Assembly (NCBI RefSeq): GCF_964204645.1
Contig: NC_134025.1
Coordinates: 30,422,299 to 30,486,298, forward strand
Direction of reading: 5' to 3'
Source: Tubulanus polymorphus
Taxonomy: Eukaryota; Animalia; Nemertea
Length of the DNA stretch: 64,000 nucleotides
The position numbers and the translations under genes were made by a program. Numbering within the stretch: the stretch's first letter is position 1; each line of letters opens with the position of its first letter. Of this stretch, positions 50,683 through 63,320 are shown piece by piece. The notes beneath the pieces are model-generated. The model saw only the letters and a program-made list of their open reading frames with translations, did not search any database and was not told the origin of the DNA.

Positions 50683-50871
50683 AACTTCTATATTATAAAT
50701 GAAGAAATCCCACACTTCGAATTTGAAATTATACTATCAAATTTATTATTACGAAACCACAACGTTTCGGCTGTTGACTAACAGCCATCAACAGGTGGAG
50801 AAGTGTGGGATTTCTTCATTTATCTACAGTTTACACGGATTATAGTGTTTATTTGACAACTTCTATATTAT
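50683..50871 (-). mobile_element. Penelope-type mini-element with inverted repeat, hammerhead-like motif and 14-bp target-site duplication
   Basis: Direct repeat AACTTCTATATTAT at 50683-50696 and 50858-50871; inverted repeat TAAATGAAGAAATCCCACACTTC (50696-50718) / GAAGTGTGGGATTTCTTCATTTA (50800-50822). Confidence 0.75.
50757..50798 (-). ncRNA. Minimal type I hammerhead ribozyme-like motif with variant core
   Basis: Minus strand CCAC-CTGTTGA-T-GGCTGTT-AGTC-AACAGCC-GAAAC-GTT-GTGG: stem I, core, 7-bp stem II, GAAA, palindromic AACGTT. Core reads CUGUUGA rather than CUGANGA. Confidence 0.65.
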
Positions 50872-52389
50872 GTTTAGAAAAAGTTAAAGAGTAAATAAGT
50901 AGCACTTATCGGCCGTGAAAAACAAGCACAATTCAGGGCATTAATAAAGTTTTTTTCAATCTACAATACATGTAGTTGTGGAAGTACGCAAGAGCACAGT
51001 CTGGCATGGCATTTGCGCACAGGCATTCAAAGCCAATGGCAAGGCTACAACTGACCGGCTGAAATTGGTTGTCAATTGCTTTGGAAGCTTCAAATCCGCT
51101 GGAATATTGACTAGACAAGTGGAAAAACCAGAAATATTGATGATAAAATGATACGTTTTATTTTTACGACTAATGAAGAGATAACACTCCTAGCATTGAT
51201 ACATACACAACTTACATTCAGCTTTTATAACAATTATCTAAATTAGCTTACTACTCAAAGCCTGATAGTAGACTTGATTTTTAATTAAATGCAGCTGAAC
51301 TAAAATCAAAGGCAAATATATCAAAAAGTTAACAATTCTGGCTACAGGACTCGACAAGTATAGGGTACTCAATTGCAAGTATGTAGCCTATCCTTTGTGG
51401 TGGATAAATTAGTTATGTTGGTTGTTACTGCTACAAATAAAGCTGAAGTGTACACGAGGGGCCTCCTTTTCTCAAGGTATTCACGGTAAGGCAGGCACCC
51501 AAAATTGAGTACACATTAGAACTACACTTGAAAACGAGTATACTTATTGATAAATACACACACGCAGTTGTGACACTAACTAGAATTAGGTACATTTCAA
51601 TAAATTTACCGGAAGGGTGTAGCAAATTGTACCAACTGTACAAGATTAGTATAAACATCATGCAATCAGAGGAATCGATGAACCATCACTAATATTTACA
51701 TTCTCAGGAAACTATTTGTGCACTCAACATGTACCGTAAATAGCATGGATCACCAGAGACCGATCTCTTTATATACAAGAATTGACACTTATTTCTTCAT
51801 CAAATCCTAATAAAATGTATGTACATTCTTATATTCATCTGTATACTATTTCAGGAAAGGCAAAAATTGTAGGCAAACTACTGACAGTTCACTAAATACT
51901 AAACAACATTTGAAACCTGCATTTTTCATGCAATTTATTCTTAAAAATATAAAACTTGAAAGGTTCTTAATAGAGCTCAGAAGCGATAATTTTTTAAACA
52001 ACTTGCTACCATGAATTGATGCAAAGTTGCTGAGCTATTATATTTGCGTTTGAATTATAAGAGTAAGTTAGTAACCTTTATAGAATGATGAATCTTTGAA
52101 TTGATTCAAATTGTATTTGATTCTTAATAAACACAGAAATGAATTGGTGAATCGCAGAATAGCTAGCCACATTATTACATCATGGTCTCAATACTTCTTG
52201 TTAAAGACTAACAACAATAATGAATGACATTAAATATGAAAACAAACCATAAACAGAAACGTATCACAAATAGTGAAAGTAGAAGTACGGTAAGCTACCC
52301 TAGAGAACAGTTTGTTCTATCGATCAGATATTTCACAATTCACTTACATTAAACAGAGACACAGTTTTTTTACTATAGGTTAACTACGA

Positions 52390-55300
52390 TCAGACGCTAG
52401 TTTCAACCGGTTCTGAAACGATAGTTATTTTTGGACTACCAGTCGGACTACGTGGCACTTGTATTGTATTATTACTATCTCCAGCTCCACCGCTATCAAC
52501 TCCTTGTTTTAAATCCTGAAATTATATCACTATATGACAGTTTCTAGTTACTTGATTTGAACATGCAAACTCCAAACAGATTATTTCTATGCAAACCAGT
52601 TCAATCCGGATTTTGATCATTCTCATCAATTCATATGAATTCTATATTTCAAAAGGTTCACTACCCGGAGAAGTGTCCTACAGTGGAACCTCGTTACAAT
52701 AAACTTCATCCCATCAGAAAATCTGATCCGACCTTAAAACCGATACATTAATTTGGTATAATATTATTCAGTTGAATCTGTTAAATCTATTTGAGACAAA
52801 ACCCTAGGTTTCTCACATCTGATAAATTATTATTATAACGAGGTTCCATTAAATACTCGGTAATCTTAACAATGCAGGGTCGAATCCAGATTAAACAGGT
52901 TTTACGATACTGTATCAATTTTCATAGATGATTTCTACCTGAGGATTGATGATAGGTATAGCTGTTTTAGGTCGTCGAACTGGAGACCGATTCGGACTTA
53001 TCTGAGGCTGTATTTCAGGATTGAAATACGTAGTTCCACCGCGATGATACAGTTCTTGACCCGGCCCCTAAAATATCAATTATCTATATTTAGTAAAGAA
53101 ATATTCATTTTTGCTTCAAAATAGTTGTTTAAGATTCGTAGCTTCCATTGCCGAATATACAATTCCATGAACTCTTGAAATCAAATTCTATGACTTAACG
53201 TCATCAATTTTCAGTCATACAAATACCGTTTGGTCAAACTATTTTGTCTACTACATGACCTCGATATTTTATGAAAATAGAATCAGCTACTGGTACCTGT
53301 GCGATGACTTGTTGTGCAGCTGTCTGTTGCTGTGTTTGTGGTATAGGCACCGCTGGTAGTGGTACAGCCGGGAGACCGGGTGGTGGTCCGGAGGGTACCG
53401 ACATTTGCCCGACTAGTTGATAATGAGTGGGTGTATAACCCATGATTGGCGCGAACTGCCCGGGTATAACAGCTCCTCCCTGCGTGGCTGTGGTCTGTGC
53501 GAGAATATGTGGTGGTGGTTGCGTAGGGAGAGCGGGTGTACCAGTTGATACAACTGAAATACATCAGAGTTTATTAAAAACTTGCTGTGAAATTCAAGCA
53601 CGAGATTTTCAACAGTGAAACCTCTCTTTATCCATATCTATCACGACTGAATTTTATGAGAAATTGAAAATACACTATACACTCAAATTTACTAAAGTCA
53701 TCATTGTAAAGAACATGTTAACAATCTTCATTTTAATAAATTTCATCATATGAAATTCTATTGTGGGACTCATGCTCAAGTCATCACAGGATAATTCCAA
53801 TTCTTTAGTCTCGATTCTGTTGATTAAGCGCAAGTCATCAAATGTTCATTCAAACCACGACTGACATCATCGTATCATACACCAGGTGGACGAAATAACA
53901 TCCGATTAAACCAAAATCAGAATTAGAGATAGAATAGCTGTAGTAATTACCTGGGTAAGCGATCATACCGGTGGGTGGAAATGTAGCGGCGTCTTGTTGA
54001 GATGAAGAGGGAGGAGGAACAGTGAACATAGCAGCTGATGGTGGTTGCGGAGGGGTTGGGTAACCTGAATCAAATAAATACCAACACCTTTATATAAAAC
54101 AGTCATAGATAATACACACAGTAAACTGATTTTGCCTCGGAGCCGAGTACTTCGGAGTATCGCATGCCTAGAACACACGGCATTCTAAACTGTCTTAGTC
54201 TTGATTCATGAAAAATGGTTCTTTGAAAATACATGATGAAAGAATTTCTGAATGAAAATTTTCAGAATTTGACTTCGATAATGAGTTGAATTATGCAGGT
54301 TTTTGAGGGACTGTAGGAACACTAAACAATGACTCACTGTCACTCCCACTGCCCTGCAGGAATTGACTCGTGTCAGACGGAATATTTCATTGTTCCCACG
54401 AGATACGAGGCAATCGTGCAGTTTACCGTATGATGTCATACTTACCAGTTCCGTAATACGCCATTTGTTCTTGAGGCGTAAAATTCATCTCAGCTAAATT
54501 TCTCTGACGTTGTGTAGAATAACGCTTCGATCGAGGTTGATTTTCCGTCTTCGACCGAGAACGATCTTCAACATCGGTGGCGCCACCTTCCATAAATACA
54601 AACAAACAGTTATACTGTCGAACATAGAACATTTTCCTTACAGGACGGCCACTTTCCGACAATTTACAAATTAATAACCTCGAGTTTTCTAGATCCACCC
54701 TATATCCGGTCTATAGAGGGGAATGTAACTGATAAATACCTGTTTTTGAGTCGGTCTCTTGAATTGATAACTCGTCGACTTGTTGCGATAATTTATTCTC
54801 GATGTTAAAACTTGACGACGTCGTCGCCGCTGACGATGTTTCAGCGTCTTGTATTCGTGTTTTACCGATTGTTCGAACTCGTCTGTCTCGCGAGTACGAT
54901 TTCTTCTCGACCTCGCCACCAGATGGCGACGCTGATCTAGTCTCGCGTATAGTCGCAGCAGATGACGTGTTTTTGACTGATTGTTCGTTATTTCTGTTAC
55001 CGCTGCTCGCAGCCGCCGCGTTGTTACCGTCCGTATTCCTGTAATTACTATTCGTCCATTGTTTCGTTATTTTAGGCGCTACGTTTTCTCTAGGTATAGA
55101 TTTCGCTCTCTCATTATTCTGATAACGCCCCGGTCCGGATCTCGGCTGCTGTTGATGACTCTCGTAATTTCTATTGTTGTTTGATTTATAATTCTGCTGT
55201 GAATTCATCGTATTATTAAAACGTTCAGATCGATTATTATAACCCGATCCTTCAGACGAACCTCCCCCGAGTTGAGGATAGTTCTCGTGATCATTCGCTA

Positions 55301-57425
55301 CAATATCTCCGGTACTATCGGTGTTACTATTAGGAGAATGTTTCTCTTTAAAGTCGGTGTAACTGCGTCTGCCTCGACCTCGCCCGAATCGACCTCGATT
55401 ATACCCGCGACCCGAATACTGACGCTGTCCTTCTTCATCGACGAAATCAGAAAGTCGAGTTTCTCGTTTTCCGCGTCTACAAAATATCAATTATCAAAAT
55501 CTTAAACTACACGAAATCCCACAATAAATATATATTCTCGTTTATAGAAATTTCTCGTTTCGGCTGAATATTCATCGTGGGATTTCTCGCATTTATTCAT
55601 CATACACGGATATCGTGTTTTCTTCCCGACTCTACATGAAATATACCATATAAGATCTAAGAGGAGTTGTTCGTGCAAAATTCACATCACTTTTCTAAAT
55701 ACCGAACTAACCTCTGTCCACCTGCTCCTCGTCTACCCCTCCTACTGTTCTCCGGTGGATGATCATAGGCACGAATATCGTAACCATAAACAGCGATTAA
55801 TTCTTCACGTGATTTCGGAGACTGCATTCCATCGTCATATTTATCATGAAGCCATTTATCATCTTCTTTCCATAGTTTCTTTTTCGTAGTAGCACTACTG
55901 TAACCACAACACAATTCATCTTTAAACACAGACTACAAATTTCACATATTTTCAGCACAAAGCAGGTAAGGTATATTCAGTAAGTTTCCATTGACACTTT
56001 TTGTCCAGTTGTTAGAACAGCCCAGGGTTCCTATTGATCAGTTATTTCTGATTATAAGGAGTTTTAAAGGAGAAAATGTAGTAAAATTTCGAGGAAGTCT
56101 CCGCAGTTTTGGGCATTTTGCTCAAATCAAAGGAGTTTCAAGCACCTTTAAAAAAGCATTTTCCATTTAGAAGGAGTTTTTAAGGAATCAAGGAGTCATA
56201 TGGCAACTGCGCGACGAAAGGACACTTTTTGTGTTTACCTCGGTTCTGGTTCTTTTTTTTCTGTCTCTATTTGCGCGTCTGTTTTTTCTGGTGATCCGGT
56301 ATCGTCTAATCTCATATCGTGCTCGTAAAACGCTCCTTTCCTCGGAACATACGCCGGATTCTTTCTGTCTTCGTCATCATCTAATTTATCACGATTCTCG
56401 TCCGGCTGTTCCTTAAAATTCATAATTATCATTTATTTACTTATCATTTATGCAACATAAGTCCTAATTCGATATAATTTCATTCATGAATTAAAAGGGC
56501 TCAAGGTAGGAACTATGCACAATACTGCAGTGGAATTTTCCAAAATTTCAAGTATGAAACTAACGACACTGAAATGGTTCACTTGAACGTAGTTCATCAA
56601 TATCTTAAGGATGGCGCTTTTGGGTTAATGATAAAATCTATGAGAACCTGTCCATCGCCGCTTTGCCTCTCCTCATCAACCCATCCGTCATCTTCATACT
56701 CCCCTCCTCCATCACCCTCTACTGCAGCCGTATCATCAGTTTCATCTTCGCTTTCATCTTCCTCATCATCATCATCATCTGTCTCCTCTTCACTGTCTGT
56801 TTCATCTTCATCAGTCTATATAAAATAAATACAACATCATGCATTTTAGTTCATCAGTCAAAGCAAAAGTTTCCATTGATATCGGTATTTTACCTACCTG
56901 ATCCTCCTCAGCACTTTCATACTCAGAGTTTTCAGCTTCTAGAATTAACAATTCTCATGAAAAATAATAATCATTATTAATCATTTAGCGTCAAATCAAA
57001 TTTTGAAATTTAGATGATTTAGGTCGAGACGAATGACAAGTTAGACTTACCTTCTGTAGCTCCTGGGCCTGGAGTCGCGTTAGTGGTTGTGGAATCAGTC
57101 TGAAAGTATCAATTTAAAGTCGTTAATGGATTTACTCAGTGGTTATCGAGCGAGCGGTGAGTGGCCCGTGGTACTGCGGCACTCTGATTCAGTACACACA
57201 CAAACATACGACGGACGGCCGGTCGGCCACACGCTCTCTCTATTTCTATCTCTATTCCACGCGTCACTTTTCATCGACAAATTCTTTAAATTCAACCAGG
57301 TTTTTAACACCAATTCGCGGATATTTCAATAATTTTACCGGAGTTGTAGATATCTTCACTTTTTCTGTATCCTCCTCTGAATCTGTCTCGCTATTTTTCT
57401 TCGCTCGTCTTCTTCTCTCCGCCAT
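52390..57425 (-). CDS. CASC3: Exon junction complex protein CASC3 / Barentsz / MLN51
   Basis: MAERRRR start, SEYESAEE, acidic exon, Btz/SELOR domain (LDDDEDRKNPAYVPRKGAFYEHD..KKLWKEDDKWLHDKY..PKSREELIAVYGYDIR), KRYSTQRQR, GGTTYFNPEIQ..RRPKTAIPIINPQ; last exon ends at TGA 52390-52392. Some low-complexity exon borders are uncertain. Confidence 0.92.
52679..52853. mobile_element. Tc1/mariner-like MITE remnant
   Basis: TA-CAGTGGAACCTCGTTA ... TAACGAGGTTCCATT inverted termini. Confidence 0.6.
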
Positions 57426-58587
57426 TTTTCCTATTAACGATTTCGACGCCCTCTATCGAGGAAGTGGCAACTGGCACGCGAGGTTTCTGTTTTTTTTTTC
57501 GTAATATGGCATTTCATTAATATTACGTAAACGATTCTTGTCTTGTTTTGGTATTATAGTATTGACTTTTCTTTTCTTTGTGGGTTTATTATCTCAGTGA
57601 GCAATAAATTCTAACTTGAATTAATTTTCAATTCAATAATCCGAGTAAATTATGGAAGCCCTGAGACGACATTGCCAGTTGCTAGTTGCCAGTTGCCAAA
57701 TGCTTCTTGTTTGCTAGCTTTCCTTGCTTGCTTGAGTACCTATTCTGTCTTCGAAAAGAAAGGCTCAAATAAATTTTTCCCCTTACCAATCTTATCCATA
57801 AACAAACATTTACATGAACGCCATTAAAATATTTTGGAAAAAAACAGATAAGTTATCATTTTAAGACTGAAAGCAAGAAACGAAATTCTTAATATGGACT
57901 AGTTCCTAGATTTACATGATGACACCGTTTAATCCAGTATCATAATTAAAGAAAGAAATTTGGGTTTTTTAAATGAAGTTGGGGGTTTTATTATTCGATC
58001 ATGCACTCAATCCACTCGCGTCGGATCTGGGACCGCAAAGACGTGGGACTCTGGAATTCGATATCGTTGAGCTGGGTAAGAGGCGCGTATTCAACCCGGC
58101 AGTGGAACATTTGATAAACTCATATGGACGTATAAACTACTTTACGTCCATGATAGTCTAGTACCTAGCCGTCGTTCCACAAACAAAAAACGGTTGTAGG
58201 GAATCTGAAACGAATATACGTAAACTGTGTTTTCGTCCAATTCCACGATCAGCAGAAAGGTGTCCGTGCTGGTCGACAAGTTGATACCGTGCGTATGTTT
58301 TAGAGAGACTATTAAAGAGGTGTGCTCTACTATCGGAAGCGATCCTTTGTCGAACGTGAATCCAGACGAGGAGAATACAAACTAATATAGTATATTTTCG
58401 ATGACCTGTCGTGAATATTATTTATTGATGTATGTCAAAGCTCGCGACTCGCAGGTCGGCCTTTTCGTTGTAGTATCCGGAGCTCACGAACGACTGTCGG
58501 CTCTGTTCTGATCTGAACTGAACTGGACTTTCTGAACTATCTCAAAAATGTTAATTAGGTATTTATAAGTGATGACTAGAGTTGACA

Positions 58588-58675
58588 CCTAACCCTAACC
58601 CTTCACCTTACCCTAAACCCTCTAGACCCTAACCCTAACCCTCTTGACCCGCTGGACCTTGCCCTCTGGACCCTT
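58588..58675. repeat. Degenerate (CCCTAA)n telomere-like tract
   Basis: CCTAACCCTAACCCTTCACCTTACCCTAAACCC...CCCTAACCCTAACCC. Confidence 0.7.
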
Positions 58676-59248
58676 AAAATGCCGTTATATTGTTTTGTAT
58701 ATTAGCTATGTACTGTACCAAAAACTGAGAAATTCTCTATCAACATGGTACATTTTGCCTTATGCTCTCTTTATTCAAGGTCGTTGGCTGTGTTCACATA
58801 TATTTTAAAAAATATTCAAATGAAATCACTTTTTCGGTTTAGAACCGCCGAAATCTGAATTAAAATGATGAAACACCTTTAACAACAATAAACGAAGAGG
58901 GCGTGATTTAAAGGAGCAACGGGTAAGATATTATTTTGATGAGTTTTTACAGTTTGAGGTGTTTCATGGATCTCCCTTCCGATCCCGGAGGCTAGACTGG
59001 TTACCGGTCTCTCTTCAATTAGAATGATTTGTTTGTCCCAAATTTTATCGCATATTGAATGGGACAGGCAATCAGTCTATCCCGGAGGCCAGCTGCCTGG
59101 GCTATACGCAGTCATGCTAAGTATCGCTAGATACAAGACTAAAACATAACGTTAATCTAATGATATGAGTTTATTATTTTCGTATAAAAATTAAAACAAT
59201 CTTATCAAATAGCTGTATATTTAAAAATAAGATTTTTTGGGGATTGTT

Positions 59249-61601
59249 TCAGCTGTTTTCTTCTTTATCCCTTTTCTGTTGATTCTTTGATTTTCTTTTT
59301 GTTTTGATAAGCGACAGGATCTCGTACGCTTCTTGTATCTCCATGAATTTACGGGCGGCTTCGTCCTTTTTGATTGGATCGCGATGTCGATCCGGGTGCC
59401 AGGTTCGGGCCAGTTTACGATAGCGTTCGGTGATCTCTTTCTGCGTTGCTGTTGATGATAGTTCGAGCACCTGCAATTCAATTATCATTAATTAATCTAT
59501 TTGTGTCAGAGGTTAGGTAAATTTTACAAATAAGAATTTGGATGCAATTATAGGCATTATTCCAACACATATTTTGCCTATAGCTCATTCTGATTGGTCA
59601 TTTTGATTTTGCAAATGAGCATGGAGCATCAAAGAAATTAGTGAGAAACCAGGATTTGAACCCAAAATCATTGATTGTGTGCTAATATTAGTGCAGCATT
59701 CTACCATGAGACTATTGCTTACAATTCATAATTTTAACCCGAAATCTTAATCAGAGCCTTTTTTAACCACAGTTGTAAAAAATAAATTTTTCAAATTCTA
59801 TGTATTTGTAAAATTACATTTCCGAAAATGATACTGCAGTATTGGCAAAATATCAACCTCTAAAGTATTCCTTACTTTATAAGCATTAGCCTCGCCCTCC
59901 GGATCAATACTCTTAACGAACTCCTCCCACAGACGATCAAACCCATGAGTCGTGTAGAATTGATACAGCTGTTTCAGCGTATCTTTAAGTTCCGTCCACA
60001 TCGGCGACTTGAAGAAATACTGAATAGCGTCTTTTAGTTTAATAGTCTTTCCGTCGGTCGTGGTAACCGATGCATTGTGATAAAGCATCGAACTCCATAG
60101 CGATAAATAAACGATAGCGCAGAACGATAATATCGTTATTCTAGTAGAGATTCTGCGTTTTGTATACGGCGTTCGTCTCCATTCTTTACCCTTCCAGTTC
60201 GTGATTAAAGCACATATTAAAGACATCGTTGTGAAATCGAATTGATAAAAAAATATAAATATCGGTAAAGTTATGTACGCCCCGATCAGAGAACTTTTAT
60301 ATGAAGTCTTTTCTCTTCCAATATTTCCAACCACATAAACACCTGAAAATAGAAATAATACATTAACTTAGATTTATTGTTTTATGCATAGATGAACATG
60401 CAATAAATTGGCATAAAACAAAACAGTGAAAATTAACATAGGACATAATAAAAAGGGCATACATAGAATGATAGAAATAAATGTGCAAAGCCTCCTCAAA
60501 GCAGCATAATCTAATAGTAAAATTTATTAACCGAGTCATAAACAGACATAAGATTAGGCCAAAAAAAATTGATACCTTGTTTCTCCGCTCTGCTGAGCTT
60601 AAATGTTGACCCGGCCAGCCGCCTATCTACCCTATACATTACTTTTTTTTAAATTGTGATCAATTTCACCATAACAGACCCGGCCGCTATAGAAATGAAC
60701 TGTTTACAAATTTTATCATATTTTACAAAAATGACCCGGCGCTGCGGAGAAACGAGGTATTATTTTTGTTTCGCCTTAATGAGGCTTTGAATATTATTGT
60801 ATTGTATAGAAATATTCAACTATGATTATTCACAGGCTATGAATACATGTTGATTAACTGTTGTGTGGATTCTAAACAGGTGGTAATTGATTTATCAAAA
60901 CTTGAACTAATAAGTGCTCTTAGTCAACCAGATGAGACCATCCTATTCTATTCCCACTGGTTAAAGTTTAGGTAATGGATATTTAGATGGTGACGCAGCA
61001 TTAGAAAACTGGAATTGAATTACTAGGTTCTATCAAGATCGCAAAGAATTTCAGATTTAAAACACTTGGGTAACTACAGATTCCCTAGTTGGTTACCTAA
61101 TTGTTGGCGGTAAGCTTTAGTAATCAGATAAGCATAAAATATAATTGTGGTTTGTGAAAATATCCGATTGTGAAATTAAACCATACAGGTCGTTTCCGAC
61201 TTCAGATTCCCGTAATTCTTACCTAATGCTACAGCGCATGGAGTTATTGCAGTTATAAGAAGTTGAATTTCTGTACTAAGTTCCTCAGGTACTGAATATT
61301 TAACAATAAAACCAAATAAACTTCCGACAACCATTTCACCCAGAAATCTCGCGCTACTCGATGAAGGTTTTTTTCGATGTTTCATCGAAATTCTCAATTG
61401 TTCGAAATATTCCGGGTCGTCGTTCGCGTCGTTGACGTAGGTGGGAAGTCTGAACAAATCTCGAATCCATCCTAAACCGAATACGCCGCCAAACGTGCAC
61501 CAGCTGACGAATGCGTGACTGTCCCTTCTCAAATACAGATGATGCAGACCGAATAGACCTCCTGTCAACCAGAATATATAAGCTAGAACTAAACTAGCCA
61601 T
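59249..61601 (-). CDS. DNAJC22: DnaJ homolog subfamily C member 22 (wurst): TM2 domain, transmembrane region, C-terminal J domain
   Basis: Exons 61223-61601, 59876-60342, 59249-59470 (1068 nt, in phase). AYIFWLTGGLFGLHHLYLRRD TM2 motif; J domain AYKVLEL..YRKLARTWHPD..KFMEIQEAYEILS. Confidence 0.93.
60556..60776. mobile_element. Non-autonomous DNA transposon remnant with ~35-bp imperfect TIRs in TTA(A) context
   Basis: AGGCCAAAAAAAATTGATACCTTGTTTCTCCGC ... GCGGAGAAACGAGGTATTATTTTTGTTTCGCCT. Confidence 0.65.
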
Positions 61602-61917
61602 GATCAGATCTCTGGCGGCTCTAGTATCTCAGCTGTCACACTGTTGTGTGTTGAAAAACCGCTTAACCCGGAAGCATTCGAATCTGGAGTTTCCCCGGCG
61701 CATGCGCTCTGGTTGTTTACACGTGTCGCGTGTATATCCATACACATGACGTCATATAGTGACGGCTATGGACTGCTGAGTATTGATCGACTCTAGTACA
61801 CGCGTATGCCGCCGTGCTATACTATCGCGCACTGGGTGGGAATTCCAGACACGGAAGTGAAACTATAACCACGGTCTCTCCTCTCCTTTCGCAGGTTAAT
61901 TGTCGATTGATAAATAA
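61602..61917. promoter_or_regulatory. Compact bidirectional promoter between DNAJC22 and the RJL GTPase gene
   Basis: 316 bp between divergent ATGs; CGGAAG (61669, 61852), GCGCATGCGC NRF1-like (61698), CACGTG (61720), TGACGTCA (61747). Confidence 0.7.
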
Positions 61918-62907
61918 ATGATGGATAGAAAACCCGGTCATCTGCCCAGAAATGTACAAACCGTGTCACAATCTCTTATGTGGATAAAGGTAAATAAAAC
62001 ACACGCTGTGCCATTTTACAACACGGTAAACACAATGTTTACTTCATTTTCCATTCATTTCAGTTGGTTGGAATCGGCAATTCTTGTTGTGGAAAAACAT
62101 GTCTGATTAAGCATTTCTGTGAAAGTAAGGTCAGTTAGATTTGTTATTATAATTCTTTGTAGATTTTAAAATAATTTCATAGACAAATAACTGAAATGAT
62201 TGAATGATTTTTGTTTAGTTCAATCAAGGCTATCAGCCGACAGTTGGTGTGGATTACGGTTTTAAAATACAAAATATCAAAGGATTAGATTGTAAGTATT
62301 TTATATTTGTGAATAAAATAAGATGAAGGTTTTTAATCAATAAGATTTCAATAGATTGTATTGTATTTTCAGTGAGAGTTCACCTGTGGGATTTATCGGG
62401 ACAGTCAGAATATCTCGATGTTAGGAATGAATTATATTCTCAAACTGATGCCGTATTTCTCGTTTTCGATATCACGAATCAAGCTTCATTCGAGAATCTC
62501 GATCAGTGGTTGAGAGAAATAGTGAAATATGCGATGGGTCATGTCGCTCCGGAAATAGTAGTTGTCGGAAATAAAGTGAGTTTATTTCAAAATTTGACTA
62601 GAGCAACAATGGCTGCAGTTGATGTTTTAAACGATTGAATTATTTTCAGGTCGATCTGAAATCTAAGCGAGTTGTTTCCCTGACTGAGGCCAAAAAATGG
62701 GCATCATCTCATAAACTCCTGTAGGTCTTGCAGCACTTGTAAAATTATAGAATTTTAAATGATGCCAATTTATAACTAACGTTTCATCTTCTGTTTTTCA
62801 GTTATTATGAAACGTCGGCTTTGACCGGGGAAGGAATTGAAAAGATGTTTCACGAACTTCTAGAACGGGTCATCAGTAAGAAACACAACATCAAAATACC
62901 TAGTTAA
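61918..62907 (+). CDS. RJL-family (DNAJC27/RBJ-like) small GTPase lacking a J domain and a prenylation motif
   Basis: Exons 61918-61989, 62064-62129, 62219-62291, 62373-62576, 62650-62720, 62802-62907. G1 GNSCCGKT, G2 PTVGVDYG, G3 WDLSGQ followed by RJL-type VRNELY, G4 NKVD, G5 ETSAL; ends KHNIKIPS-stop. Confidence 0.85.
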
Positions 62908-63320
62908 ATTATATACACTATCATTCGATCCGTCCAAATATTATTTTCATTTTATACAAATAAGAAATTTTATTGTTTATCGAAAAATAAATTATATTTA
63001 ATTTTATTTCAATTTTCTAAATGTTTGTTTTTCTTGGTGGAATTTGCGAGGATCTCGAAGCGAGTCAAATGAAAATATGAGAAACTAATGAATTTGATGA
63101 AATGGGTTTTATTTAAGCGTACAAGACATTTAAAAAAAATTCTCCCGTGATTCCCCTACGATTCATCTCCGGTGATGATTGCGTTAATGCGGGTCCTGGT
63201 TCCAAAGTTCAATGTGGAAATTTGACTCATCGAGATGCGTAAGAGTTTAACTTGAATCAATGGAACTCGGTCCTTAAACTTGACAGTAGAGCTATGATTG
63301 GTGAGTTAACTACGGTATCT

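Noticed and set aside
54130-54420. Possible intronic snoRNA in CASC3
   Set aside because: No convincing C/D or H/ACA boxes; TTGCCTCG/CGAGGCAA ends suggest a transposon remnant instead.
58588-58675. True telomere or chromosome fusion site
   Set aside because: Tract is short, degenerate, single-orientation and embedded between ordinary genes.
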